DNA of 64,000 bases. It comes from a virus. Taxonomy: Duplodnaviria > Caudoviricetes. Below, piece after piece: positions 1 to 9,556 of the stretch; the first letter of the stretch is position 1, and each line of letters opens with the position of its first letter. The notes beneath the pieces are model-generated. The model ran no database searches, was not told the origin of the DNA, and saw nothing but the letters and a program-made list of their open reading frames with translations. The translations under genes were made by a program, and so were the position numbers. The stretch covers positions 24,898 to 88,897 of the IMG/VR virus record IMGVR_UViG_3300028601_000027. One strand, 5' to 3'.

Positions 1-22
1 ACTCGATTACTTTTTCCATTAG

Positions 23-1078
23 TTAGTTCTCCTGTTGGCTTAAAATTAAGTTACCACATGTTACTAGACTGTCTTCCTCATCAGTAGATGGAACAAATAC
101 TAGCACATTAAATCCAGCTTCCTTTAATTTTTCCTCTACTTCCTTGTAGGGCGTGTAATTGTTGTACCCTTCATTAGTCTGAATCCCATTTTGTCTACAA
201 GCAGTGTTATTATGTATAGGAGTAATCTTACACATAAAATGATCTGTGTCAAACAATTCACTTAACAATTTAGCATCTACTTCATAACCATCAGCTAAGG
301 CAAAGTTTAGGCAATACTTCCTACCTACTGGTTCTGGTAAAGTGCTACACATTATAGCTATATCTTCTAAAGAATGAACACCATCATTAAACATTTCATT
401 ACGTTGTTCGTCATTAGTAGAATTGATACTTAGTTGTAATCCAGCTTGACCATTGTACAAGTTATTCTTAATATCACACCATTCTTTTAAATATTTGTGT
501 GTGTTAATTCTATGAACAGCTTTAGGTAAACAAGTAGTAAACACTGGATGAATAGTTTCTACTCGTAATCCCCAACTTTTTTGGTAAGCTAGTTTATTTT
601 TCTGAATATCTTTTGCTAGGGAAAACACATTTTCGGTATTAAACATTGGTTCGCCACATCTAGCAAAGTGAATGTTTAGTCTATCAGTGTAACATAAATC
701 AGGATTAAATGTAGTATTAAGATCAATAGCACTTTGTATTTGTTGTGCCATATCTCCTATAGTAGCATTACCTCTAAACTTAATCTTAGGGCAATCGCAA
801 AAAGTGCAATTCATAATGCAACCATACTGAGTACTGATAGTGATTACCCATTTCTCACTAAGTGGTAAACACTCTCCATTCGGCACTCCATTGATTTCAT
901 TATAGAAACCAAGGAAGTCTGCTTTAATATTCTTAGCTTTACCATAATCACCAATAGTAAGAGTTTCTAGTAAACCCTTTTCATATGTGTCAGTAAATAG
1001 AAATCCAGTTGGTATTTTTTCTACATTCATATTAATCCTTATGCGAGTTATTGAAAAAATTAAACAAATCTGATGCAA
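23..1078 (-). CDS. Radical SAM protein, RlmN/Cfr-like RNA methyltransferase family
   Basis: STQYGCIMNCTFC (CxxxCxxC), ARCGEP at the MGMGEP position, LQLSINS, C-terminal TCGNL (ACGQL-like); real start probably ATG 1030 (MNVEK). Confidence 0.75.
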   Translation of the reverse strand: MHQICLIFSITRIRINMNVEKIPTGFLFTDTYEKGLLETLTIGDYGKAKNIKADFLGFYNEINGVPNGECLPLSEKWVITISTQYGCIMNCTFCDCPKIKFRGNATIGDMAQQIQSAIDLNTTFNPDLCYTDRLNIHFARCGEPMFNTENVFSLAKDIQKNKLAYQKSWGLRVETIHPVFTTCLPKAVHRINTHKYLKEWCDIKNNLYNGQAGLQLSINSTNDEQRNEMFNDGVHSLEDIAIMCSTLPEPVGRKYCLNFALADGYEVDAKLLSELFDTDHFMCKITPIHNNTACRQNGIQTNEGYNNYTPYKEVEEKLKEAGFNVLVFVPSTDEEDSLVTCGNLILSQQEN

Positions 1079-1126
1079 TAAAGAAGATAATGACCATTAC
1101 GAATCCGATAGCGTTTTCATCTACAA

Positions 1127-1492
1127 TTACTCGAATACAACAACTCCCTTCAATGCTTCTTCTATTGCTTCATTAAAAGAACAACCACCATTATAAAAAC
1201 TAACTACAAAATCATATGTGCCATCTTTGTTATCAATAGCCTTAAAAATGTCTTCAGTATCATAAAATTCATGGGTTAGTATTTCATATAATTCATCACT
1301 AATCATAACATATTTCTCGTAAAACTCTTCTAGAAAGAATTCCTCAATAGTTTCTGAATATTTGTTCTTCCTCTCCAGATATTCATTCCACATACTCTTT
1401 TCTTTAATTACAGCTTCCATAAATGACTCAAAAGTACCAATTCCAGTATCCACTTTCTTAATTTTACCAGTATACATTACTTGTTCGCTCAT
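1127..1492 (-). CDS. Hypothetical phage protein
   Basis: 121-aa ORF with GGAG RBS, co-oriented operon. Confidence 0.7.
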   Translation of the reverse strand: MSEQVMYTGKIKKVDTGIGTFESFMEAVIKEKSMWNEYLERKNKYSETIEEFFLEEFYEKYVMISDELYEILTHEFYDTEDIFKAIDNKDGTYDFVVSFYNGGCSFNEAIEEALKGVVVFE

Positions 1493-1509
1493 AGTTTCAT
1501 TTCTCCTTA

Positions 1510-1821
1510 TTATTTGTAAGCTACACCTGCATGGGTGTAAAAGTTCCAGAACAAATCTTTGATTAGTTGTTTACCATCGTCATCTAACTCTTCTGTTATT
1601 TTTTGTATTTGATAATTGTAACCATCAGTAGAATAACATATTTCATGTAGTTCTCGGTAAATATCACCTAACATTTTAACTTGATTGGAATTATTATCAT
1701 TAGCAAACTTCTCTACAACATCATCAGAAGTAATTTCTACTCTTATTGTTTTCTCAGTAATCATTTTAGTTCTCCTTATACTCATCGTATTCTTCTTTAT
1801 TTTGTAAATGTACAAAAACAT
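1510..1821 (-). CDS. Hypothetical protein (start probably internal, MITEK)
   Basis: ORF track, operon context. Confidence 0.6.
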   Translation of the reverse strand: MFLYIYKIKKNTMSIRRTKMITEKTIRVEITSDDVVEKFANDNNSNQVKMLGDIYRELHEICYSTDGYNYQIQKITEELDDDGKQLIKDLFWNFYTHAGVAYK

Positions 1822-1839
1822 TTGGCATTTCGTATAGTT

Positions 1840-2091
1840 TCATTCCCATTCTCCGTTTTCAAAAAATTGGTCAGCTTGTTCTTTATTAGTAGTACAAATC
1901 AAATATGACTTAGTACGCTTACCTTCACTATCTTGTACATACATAGTACCAACAATCCTACCCCTAAATGATTGCCACATTAGTTGTAGTTTTTCTTTTA
2001 GTGTAGTTGGAATAATAAATACGATAGTCTCTAGTGCATCATTTTCTAGTCTCATGTAATCTGCCATTGATTCTCTCCTTATCATATTCAT
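1840..2091 (-). CDS. Hypothetical protein
   Basis: ORF track; likely start MADYMRL after GGAGA RBS. Confidence 0.6.
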   Translation of the reverse strand: MNMIRRESMADYMRLENDALETIVFIIPTTLKEKLQLMWQSFRGRIVGTMYVQDSEGKRTKSYLICTTNKEQADQFFENGEWE

Positions 2092-2302
2092 CTATACACA
2101 CCTTATTATATGCATCTATACACACCTTATCATATTCATCTATACACACCATATTAAACTCCATTCCTAAAATCTTCTTAGGACAATCATCATAATAGAT
2201 TATTTCGTATCCTACTCCTTCTAGCATTTCAGTGATAGCACTCGAAACATTTCCTACAACGAGTACTTTATTCATAATGTTGCCCCAATGAAAACACATC
2301 AT
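2039..2302 (-). CDS. Hypothetical protein with triple 8-aa repeat
   Basis: VCIDEYDK/VCIDAYNK/VCIDEYDK in translation. Confidence 0.55.
   Translation of the reverse strand: MMCFHWGNIMNKVLVVGNVSSAITEMLEGVGYEIIYYDDCPKKILGMEFNMVCIDEYDKVCIDAYNKVCIDEYDKERINGRLHETRK
2077..2148. repeat. Tandem repeat, 3 x 24 bp
   Basis: ccttatcatattcatctatacaca units at 2077, 2101 (variant) and 2125. Confidence 0.95.
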
Positions 2303-2786
2303 CTAAGTTTACTATATCACCATTTAAGATTTTTGTAAACACTTGTTTTAAAAATAATGTTACCTCTTTCTCGAAGTCACCATTGTTCCTATTACCAGCT
2401 ACATTTAATACTTTGATATTATTAGCTTTTATCCATAATACTATAGGAGTTATAGCTAAGTTGGGATTATTGAAATCAATTATCAAATGGGGTTTACCTT
2501 GTTTCTTACATTCATTAAGGGTTAACTTAGTACCAGCAGAACTAAGATTATAGGCTACTATTAATGTACCGTCACTATCCTTTATGTTTTTCTTAGTTCT
2601 AGGAACATATCTATAACTAGAATCTTCCACTAATCCATACTCAGTTTTAAGTTCGTAGTTACTACCATTTTCTGTACGATAGTTTTTAGGTGCAGTACCA
2701 CCAGTAGTAATACCAACTTCTTTAGCGGCTATTAATCCTGCTATATCTGCACCAGTTTGACCACCAGATATTACTTTGGTTAACAT
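2268..2786 (-). CDS. SLOG-superfamily protein (putative molybdenum-carrier/YpsA-like)
   Basis: KVISGGQTGADIAGL, RTKKNIKDSDGTL, VLNVAGNR motifs. Confidence 0.8.
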   Translation of the reverse strand: MLTKVISGGQTGADIAGLIAAKEVGITTGGTAPKNYRTENGSNYELKTEYGLVEDSSYRYVPRTKKNIKDSDGTLIVAYNLSSAGTKLTLNECKKQGKPHLIIDFNNPNLAITPIVLWIKANNIKVLNVAGNRNNGDFEKEVTLFLKQVFTKILNGDIVNLDDVFSLGQHYE

Positions 2787-2790
2787 GTAA

Positions 2791-3177
2791 TTACCTTTCT
2801 AAGCTGGATTCTTCTAGTAATCCACGAAACGTTTTCTTGAACTCACTCATTCTTGTTTCTTTTTCTAAATGATATTCAATCGATTCTATTAGCTCATTGG
2901 CAAAATATAACTGTTCCGATATTGCTTCCAATCTTTTGTCTGTGTCTTCCATCTCTTTTTTTAGTTTAGCAGTATCTTCAATGCTTTCCTCATACGCAAT
3001 TTTAGCGTTTTCATCTTGACAGTAATGAGTAAAATATTCTTCAGGTGTGATTCCACTAATATCATCGTGGTTACAAATAGTAATCATTGAGTTCTCCTTT
3101 ATTATTTGTTGTTTATTTCCGTCACTTACAGTTACAATATACACGGTAACTATTATATTGTCAAACAAAAAAGCCAC
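2791..3177 (-). CDS. Hypothetical coiled-coil protein (real start likely MITICN downstream of promoter)
   Basis: ORF track; 5' end overlaps a promoter/terminator. Confidence 0.6.
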   Translation of the reverse strand: MAFLFDNIIVTVYIVTVSDGNKQQIIKENSMITICNHDDISGITPEEYFTHYCQDENAKIAYEESIEDTAKLKKEMEDTDKRLEAISEQLYFANELIESIEYHLEKETRMSEFKKTFRGLLEESSLER

Positions 3178-3198
3178 TCTAAATGATTAGAGTGGCTT
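3136..3198 (-). promoter_or_regulatory. Intrinsic terminator followed by sigma70-like promoter
   Basis: Stem aagccactctaa/ttagagtggctt (3171-3198) with U-run; TTGACA (3159-3164), 17 bp, TATATT (3136-3141). Confidence 0.8.
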
Positions 3199-3258
3199 AA
3201 TGTTAGTGTAGTTATTTTAAATATATTTCCAATAAACTATTTCATAATCTTTTGTCAT

Positions 3259-3519
3259 TTAACATTTTTTGTGGTAATCCATCTTTCGTAGATAATCAAT
3301 GAATTTTATATTATCCTCTTTTTGATCTTCTGGTGTTACATGAGTAAACCTAATTCCATTAGTAGCTAGCCTATTGATCAACTCAGCCACAGTTATGTTC
3401 TTAATTTTATCATAATAGAAACTAGATTCATCACCACCAGCTTTCTTAACAGAATCTAGTAGTGATTGATGCATCTCAATAAAACTTTCTCCTACAAATT
3501 GTCTTTGTTTATCATTCAT
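3259..3519 (-). CDS. Hypothetical protein
   Basis: ORF with GGAG RBS. Confidence 0.7.
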   Translation of the reverse strand: MNDKQRQFVGESFIEMHQSLLDSVKKAGGDESSFYYDKIKNITVAELINRLATNGIRFTHVTPEDQKEDNIKFIDYLRKMDYHKKC

Positions 3520-3889
3520 CTTTAAACTCCTATATGTGTAGCTTCACTAAAATGTAAATTGTAGTCTAACAATTCCTGCATTTGTTGTTCAATCAAATCT
3601 TCCCTACTAATCACTTCTATAATTCCCTCATTTACACCAAAACAATTAGTTCCGTCCAACATCGGTGGATTAAAGTTATGAAGAATCCCTTCTCTAAATG
3701 AACGATAAAAATGACCATCATGGTAAGCATTTGGACCTAAACTTTCATTTTCAAGTAATTGTATTAATGCTTCGTAACTATCTGCTGTAGCTACTGGTAT
3801 ATAACGTTCAGCGTTAGCTGTTACTGGATTTAAATATAGTGCAAACATAGGTTACTCCTTTTCTCCTACAAATTGTCTTTGTTTATCAT
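3486..3889. repeat. 30-bp identical direct repeats (3486-3515, 3860-3889) flanking gene 3522-3848
   Basis: tttctcctacaaattgtctttgtttatcat occurs at both positions. Confidence 0.9.
3522..3848 (-). CDS. Hypothetical protein
   Basis: ORF with AAGGAG RBS. Confidence 0.7.
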   Translation of the reverse strand: MFALYLNPVTANAERYIPVATADSYEALIQLLENESLGPNAYHDGHFYRSFREGILHNFNPPMLDGTNCFGVNEGIIEVISREDLIEQQMQELLDYNLHFSEATHIGV

Positions 3890-4030
3890 CCATTTTAAAG
3901 CCCCATTCGTTTTAGTCTACGCCGTTGTGGGTACAAATAAACCATAATGCATGTTGTCATTCAATAAAAGACTAGCTACATATCATTGATCATCATAATT
4001 GTGAGGATTACGTGCAATCATTCCCATATC

Positions 4031-4480
4031 TTATACAGGGTTATGGTTTTCATCAACCTTCACGTACTCGGTTTTAGGCGTGTACGGAAACTCAACATCT
4101 ACCACGCTATCTGATGACGAAAAGGCTACCCCATTAGGTTCTACAAACGCCTTTCCTCGTATGTCGTAAGTATGTCCTGTCTTCTTATCTTTGAATACAC
4201 GGGAGCAACGTTTGTTCTGGTACATATTTTCATCCACGTCCGTCCACTCGTCGTCTGTACCTTGTAGAGGGGTGAGGGGTTCCCACCGGGCTAATTTCTC
4301 AAACATACTAATACAAAAAGGTGCGCTAAAACCGCTGTGTCCTTGTTTTGCGAATACGTTTAATAGTTCTAGAACGTTTTCCTGTATCCATTTATTAGGA
4401 CCGTCTTCCTGCTCTTGATCCAAAGGAATATACCCTGCTGCTTTCAGTTCCTGTTTTGCGAAATCTATATATGCGCTCAT
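4031..4480 (-). CDS. Conserved phage hypothetical protein
   Basis: FAKQGHSGFSA...WEPLTPLQGTDDEW...YQNKRCSRVFKD pattern; GC richer than flanks. Confidence 0.7.
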   Translation of the reverse strand: MSAYIDFAKQELKAAGYIPLDQEQEDGPNKWIQENVLELLNVFAKQGHSGFSAPFCISMFEKLARWEPLTPLQGTDDEWTDVDENMYQNKRCSRVFKDKKTGHTYDIRGKAFVEPNGVAFSSSDSVVDVEFPYTPKTEYVKVDENHNPV

Positions 4481-4579
4481 ATTATTTTGTCTCCTTATTT
4501 ATTTACGTTTTTTAATGCTTCTAAAGCCTCAGTTACAATGTCGAGTATGTATTCTTGTACTCGTTTATACTCTGCAATA

Positions 4580-4759
4580 TCACTGGTTTCCATCTTCTAC
4601 TTGTGAATAATGATTGCGTCTATCTTTGCTACCTTGTTGTTCACACCCACAATTATGACAATAATAGTACCTATCTTCAACTGTTTTGTAATTAATAATG
4701 ATTTTTTGGTGTATTTCTTCAAAAAATCCACTACCACAAATAGGGCAATTTTGTCTCAT
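4580..4759 (-). CDS. Small zinc-ribbon protein (59 aa, below ORF-track cutoff)
   Basis: Manual translation MRQNCPICGSG...YYYCHNCGCEQ: two CxxC pairs. Confidence 0.6.
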   Translation of the reverse strand: MRQNCPICGSGFFEEIHQKIIINYKTVEDRYYYCHNCGCEQQGSKDRRNHYSQVEDGNQ

Positions 4760-4798
4760 ATTAGACCTCTAATTTTTATTTTGATTAGTTCCATTATT

Positions 4799-5173
4799 TT
4801 AATTCTCCCAACTAGTGCTATATTTTTCTGCTAGTTCTACTCTTTCTTCGTAGATTTCATCATTAATCACATTCTGTATCCATTCAGGTGCAACGCTAAA
4901 CGAATCATACACCTCAAACTTTTCCTCAGTATCATTTATGTCAGTGTAATTATATTCTATCTTACCAGTAGTGATTTTGTCAATTTCATAATCACCACCT
5001 ACCCCAAACACTTTTTCATCTCTAGCACTATAAGTATAATCTAAGTTTATTGCTAAGTTATCAATACTAATAGTGTAATCATCAGTCTCTACATCATAAC
5101 CACCGATGTTCAGTCTCATAATTTCCTCCATCTCAAAAGTTTTATTTCTCTTAACTACAAATACACTATACAC
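4799..5173 (-). CDS. Hypothetical acidic protein (likely start MRLNIG)
   Basis: ORF downstream of promoter 5165-5193. Confidence 0.6.
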   Translation of the reverse strand: MYSVFVVKRNKTFEMEEIMRLNIGGYDVETDDYTISIDNLAINLDYTYSARDEKVFGVGGDYEIDKITTGKIEYNYTDINDTEEKFEVYDSFSVAPEWIQNVINDEIYEERVELAEKYSTSWEN

Positions 5174-5193
5174 TGTTTAGACATACTTGTAAA
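5165..5193 (-). promoter_or_regulatory. Sigma70-like early promoter
   Basis: TTTACA-17 bp-TATAGT. Confidence 0.75.
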
Positions 5194-5229
5194 TAGAAAA
5201 AGCACTAAGAAATAAAATACTTGATAATA

Positions 5230-5493
5230 TCATCCATTACAAAACCTCTTAAGTTGTAATTTTATTGGCTGTCTTTTTGGATTACTAGCTTTAATTTCGT
5301 CTAGTAGTTTCAGTTCGTATTTACACAGTTTCTTATCTAGCCAAGGTTGTTGAGTGCGTTCGTACTTATAACAAACATCGCCATAGACGTATCTAGCACC
5401 ATAAGAATCAAATCCACATTTAGGACAATCAATACCATCTCTAAATATCCATTCACAACTAGCACAAACTCTTAGTTTAGCATGTTTGGACAT
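5230..5493 (-). CDS. Hypothetical Zn-ribbon protein
   Basis: CASC...CPKC motifs. Confidence 0.65.
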   Translation of the reverse strand: MSKHAKLRVCASCEWIFRDGIDCPKCGFDSYGARYVYGDVCYKYERTQQPWLDKKLCKYELKLLDEIKASNPKRQPIKLQLKRFCNG

Positions 5494-5887
5494 TACTTAC
5501 CTCTTATTTGTTGTATAGAATCCTTAACTCTTTTTTTGTTCCTTTTGATATTACACTATACATGATTTTCAAATGTCTTTTCCATCAGGTACACCGTAAA
5601 GAAAACTCTCATAGAAAAACTCGAATATTAACAGAATTACTAATACTACTATTGAAACTGGTAATAATAGCAAATATAATATCGGATGATCGTCAACCAA
5701 TCATGTTGTTTCACATCAAACCCCTAACTTATATATTTCATCTAAGTTTAGTTTAATGTTAAGTTCACTCAATTTTTTAGATATGTGTTCTGCTTGTGCA
5801 TTATCATTAGTCTATCAATTACTTCGTGATAGTGAAACTCATCTAATTCTACTTTAGGCATCTTGTCTTCGCTCATAATCTACTCCA

Positions 5888-6316
5888 CTAAGTATGTTTT
5901 CTATAACTAAACTCACCAAACACGTTTTCCAGTAAGTCAGTTATAGAGTTGTTTGGCTTAAAATAGTTTATATTAATACAGAATTCCTCTAGTGTTTTAT
6001 CTTCTCTAGCTAAAGTGTATTCGTTATATAACACTAATATTGTAACTTGAATCAAGTAGGGTTTAACTGGTTTTAATTCTACTCTGCAATCAGTTCTATA
6101 TTCATAGTAATGGTTCTTATGAAAGTCAATCATTTTATCTATCAAGTACTCAGGAACAGATAAACGTTGATAAGGTAATGGATATGGTACTTTGTAGCTA
6201 TAGTTAGTGATAGGCGATTCTACTTTTATAGTGTATTCTTCTAACCATTTGTTATTATTAGTACCATATAGGTTATCACGTTCTACTATACTCACCCATT
6301 CTTTCAGAGTTTTCAT
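5888..6316 (-). CDS. Hypothetical protein
   Basis: ORF, ATGA overlap with upstream gene. Confidence 0.7.
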   Translation of the reverse strand: MKTLKEWVSIVERDNLYGTNNNKWLEEYTIKVESPITNYSYKVPYPLPYQRLSVPEYLIDKMIDFHKNHYYEYRTDCRVELKPVKPYLIQVTILVLYNEYTLAREDKTLEEFCININYFKPNNSITDLLENVFGEFSYRKHT

Positions 6317-6693
6317 AACTCACTCCTATCATGATTAGGTGGCGCTGACCATTCATCAATGTTATCTAATTTCACTGTAATATGAATCTGATTAATAGGT
6401 TCTTTAGGGTAACAAGTCATTTCAACCTGCATTACTCCTTCATCGTCTACACATACTTTTTCACATTTCACTGTGCTAATGTCTATCTCTTCTAACCTAA
6501 ACTCTTCCCCACATCTAGTAGACAACAAATCATCCGCTTCATATTCCCCATATGTGTCCATAGCATAATCAAGACATTCAGGACAACAGTATTCCACTAG
6601 AGTGCTTTTTGCGTCTAGTAGATTCATAACAATTTTTTCCCAACTAGGTTCTGTTAATTTAGTTAAAAGGTACATTACTAACTCCTTAATCAA
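6313..6693 (-). CDS. Hypothetical protein
   Basis: ORF, overlapping start/stop coupling. Confidence 0.7.
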   Translation of the reverse strand: MIKELVMYLLTKLTEPSWEKIVMNLLDAKSTLVEYCCPECLDYAMDTYGEYEADDLLSTRCGEEFRLEEIDISTVKCEKVCVDDEGVMQVEMTCYPKEPINQIHITVKLDNIDEWSAPPNHDRSEL

Positions 6694-7478
6694 ATATTCT
6701 CAAACAATTTCCTCAGACCAGTAATCTCTTCGCTACTCAATTCAACATATATTTTACTATCATTTCTTTCTATTGTCAAGTCAAACCCTTCCCCATCCCA
6801 CCACTCATTTAACTGAAAATGTGTACTATGGTCATGAAGAATATCCTTTACTGTCAACACTTGTACACTACTTGTACTTTTATCATGGAAAGTAATATTT
6901 TCTGATTCTATATCATCTTCTAAGAAGTCACTTAGTTGTGGGGTTTGAGTTTCATAACGCGATTCACTAACATTTACTCTTAACCCATTATCATAAACTA
7001 CAGTCAAATCTTCATCTACAGCTTCTTCCCAATAGATATGATCTACATCACGAGTGTTCAACAACTCTACAGAATAGACATCGTTATTACTACCCAAATC
7101 AAACACCATTAGATAGTGTTTATCTCCTTTAACACTAATAGCAAACCTATGTTTATCTATCTCTACATTATCAGAAAGATGATCTATTTGATGATATGTT
7201 ATATCAATATCGTTGATAGATTCATAGTCTATATTAAAAGGTATAGATTGCTTCAATTCTAATTTAGATGTATCATATATGCCAATGTGATTTGTGTTAT
7301 CAGATTCATCTTCAAAAGCAAATATTACATCATAATTAAATACTCCTAGAAACACAATATCCTGAGCATGACAACAATCAGTTTCAATCTTATCTTCTAT
7401 TTGGTCTTCGTTGATTACAATGATCCCTTCATATAGTACTAACACTTCGGAACCATTACCTAGATTATATCTTTGCAT
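6690..7478 (-). CDS. Hypothetical acidic protein
   Basis: 262-aa ORF with AAGGAG RBS. Confidence 0.7.
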   Translation of the reverse strand: MQRYNLGNGSEVLVLYEGIIVINEDQIEDKIETDCCHAQDIVFLGVFNYDVIFAFEDESDNTNHIGIYDTSKLELKQSIPFNIDYESINDIDITYHQIDHLSDNVEIDKHRFAISVKGDKHYLMVFDLGSNNDVYSVELLNTRDVDHIYWEEAVDEDLTVVYDNGLRVNVSESRYETQTPQLSDFLEDDIESENITFHDKSTSSVQVLTVKDILHDHSTHFQLNEWWDGEGFDLTIERNDSKIYVELSSEEITGLRKLFENI

Positions 7479-7490
7479 GTTTATTCTCCT

Positions 7491-7679
7491 TTAAATCCAA
7501 ACATCAAGTATTAATAATATAGCGAACACTGTTATCCATATACCAACAGCGATTTGGCAGATTATCTCATGTATTTTATTCTGTCGTGTTATGGTATAAA
7601 ACGAGTAAAACCAAAAAGGTAATAATAATAGCCAAGTACATATTAGTTTAGTCAAAATGTTGTCATTAACTAATTCCAT
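7491..7679 (-). CDS. Small membrane protein (2 TM)
   Basis: Two hydrophobic stretches; RBS present. Confidence 0.65.
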   Translation of the reverse strand: MELVNDNILTKLICTWLLLLPFWFYSFYTITRQNKIHEIICQIAVGIWITVFAILLILDVWI

Positions 7680-7715
7680 TATGCTTCTCCCTCATAAACA
7701 TTACCAACTATGTGT

Positions 7716-7744
7716 AATATAACATATTCAAAACTGCTTGTAAA
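7716..7744 (-). promoter_or_regulatory. Sigma70-like early promoter
   Basis: TTTACA-17 bp-TATATT. Confidence 0.75.
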
Positions 7745-7776
7745 CAAAAAACACTGAGAATAAATCTTCCTGCTAT

Positions 7777-8070
7777 TTAAATAAATTCTTCAATAGGAAT
7801 ACTAATCCATATATCCATTCTATCATAATCAGAATAGAAAATGATTTCTGTTATCTTTATGGTGTTATAGTCATCTTCGATGTAACCAATATCCCAATCA
7901 CAAGGGTAACAACCTAATACCATATCGTATCTTTTCAAGTACAATTCATACACTCTCCACACATGATCGTTTAAACTGTTTCTTAAACTTACCACGGCAT
8001 AATCATATACAGCTAATTTATTCAGTTCTTCTAACACATCGCTCATGTTATCCTCTGTATTGTAGTTCAT
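7777..8070 (-). CDS. Hypothetical protein
   Basis: ORF track. Confidence 0.6.
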   Translation of the reverse strand: MNYNTEDNMSDVLEELNKLAVYDYAVVSLRNSLNDHVWRVYELYLKRYDMVLGCYPCDWDIGYIEDDYNTIKITEIIFYSDYDRMDIWISIPIEEFI

Positions 8071-8269
8071 GATGTTTCTGCATTATCAAATCATCTAACT
8101 CAGATTGTAATTCCCACATATCATTTTGACTATAAATGTGATTTTTATTCATTAACGGAATTGCTATATTTACATATTTCCTAGCCGTAGATAACTGTTT
8201 CATATTCTCACATGACTTTATAACACGAATAGTTTTATTTAGCAACCTTTTTTTCTGTTTCTTATCCAT
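8048..8269 (-). CDS. Hypothetical protein
   Basis: ORF coupled to upstream gene. Confidence 0.6.
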   Translation of the reverse strand: MDKKQKKRLLNKTIRVIKSCENMKQLSTARKYVNIAIPLMNKNHIYSQNDMWELQSELDDLIMQKHHELQYRG

Positions 8270-9036
8270 TATATCACCTTTACTGGTTTATAGTTATAAT
8301 GACATTGATACTTAATACCATCTTTCTCAGTTACAAAGTAATCAATGTGCCAGTGTCCAAAATGCCATTCTTTAGGCTTCAGATCAAATTCGTCAACTAA
8401 TACTTGCATAGCCCTAGCTACCTGACATTCACACTTACTTTCATAATACTCTTTATAAGTACCAGCACTAGTAGCACCAACATACCTCAGAATTTCATAA
8501 CCTATGCTATCAGGACAAGTATGTGCGAACACATATTCTATATCAGGATTAGCTTGTACTTGATCAATAATATATTCTGTTTCGGTATGATTCCAATTTT
8601 CTTGATCCCACCAGCTAACATCAGGTATGCGCCATTGCTTATCTTGACTCTCAGCACCACCTAGCGCCATACATTCATAACCATTGAAGTTATATACTTC
8701 ACCTCTAAGTAATTGGTATAATGGTTTATTATTAGTAGGAATAACTCTTACTTTGCCATCAAATCTTTCTTCAATAGGAAATTGTTCTAGTTCATTGAAG
8801 TTACAATGATTACCTTCAACAAAACAAAAAGTATATGGTTTCTCACCTAACCAATTTCGCCAGTAGCTATTTTGTTTATCGTTTTTACAACCTATCTTAT
8901 CCCAAATTAATCCGAAATCACCTAATTGGATTAGGAAATCATCTTCAGTTAGTTTCCTACCTTCAGACCAATTTTTACCACTAATCTTCCTAATGTCCAT
9001 AGAGCCATGAAAATCACCTGTTACATATATTGACAT
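8269..9036 (-). CDS. Calcineurin-like metallophosphoesterase
   Basis: TGDFHG, LGDFG, EGNH, AHTCP, HFGHWH motifs. Confidence 0.9.
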   Translation of the reverse strand: MSIYVTGDFHGSMDIRKISGKNWSEGRKLTEDDFLIQLGDFGLIWDKIGCKNDKQNSYWRNWLGEKPYTFCFVEGNHCNFNELEQFPIEERFDGKVRVIPTNNKPLYQLLRGEVYNFNGYECMALGGAESQDKQWRIPDVSWWDQENWNHTETEYIIDQVQANPDIEYVFAHTCPDSIGYEILRYVGATSAGTYKEYYESKCECQVARAMQVLVDEFDLKPKEWHFGHWHIDYFVTEKDGIKYQCHYNYKPVKVI

Positions 9037-9039
9037 AAG

Positions 9040-9546
9040 TTATCCTTCTAATTTTTCTAATTCCCTTTTCAATTCATCTATTCTGAGTTTGTTCCTATAA
9101 TCTTTAATGTTACTAAGAGCATTATTATACCATTCCACTAGTCTATCTAGCAAAGGGATTATCTGTTCATCAGTAGCATAAAAAGTAGAATTATCTTTAT
9201 CTAAGAAAAACACATCAGTGTCATTGACGATATCATATAGACCAAATTTCACGTGCTCACCATATAGTGTAAGAGTGTTAATGTAAACTTTCCATAGATA
9301 AACATTATATGATTTGGGGTAGTTGAAGATTACTCTATTCGAATCACTACTAAAATGACTACGATTAATGCCCCAAGGAAAAGGCATACCTTTATATGTT
9401 TGAGTAAACTGAATCCATTCATCATACATAGTGTATTTGTTTGAAAGAATGATGTCAGCAAATTCAGGAACTTTTTCAGCAAACGCTTCTGCTTGATACA
9501 TTCTTTCACGTAGTTCTTTTAATTCTTTTTCGTATTTTTCAATCAT
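9040..9546 (-). CDS. Hypothetical protein
   Basis: ORF with GGAG RBS. Confidence 0.7.
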   Translation of the reverse strand: MIEKYEKELKELRERMYQAEAFAEKVPEFADIILSNKYTMYDEWIQFTQTYKGMPFPWGINRSHFSSDSNRVIFNYPKSYNVYLWKVYINTLTLYGEHVKFGLYDIVNDTDVFFLDKDNSTFYATDEQIIPLLDRLVEWYNNALSNIKDYRNKLRIDELKRELEKLEG

Positions 9547-9556
9547 AATTTACTCC

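Noticed and set aside
3917-4027. Fragment MGMIARNPHNYDDQ*YVAS resembling a common phage motif with Trp at the stop position
   Set aside because: Short remnant best explained by a TGG>TGA nonsense change; not a functional gene
4580-4759. Apparent frameshift in an A-run of a small Zn-ribbon gene
   Set aside because: Recounting gives six As and an intact 59-aa ORF
5500-5880. Decayed small ORFs between genes
   Set aside because: Several stops and frame changes, and no recognisable homology; not called
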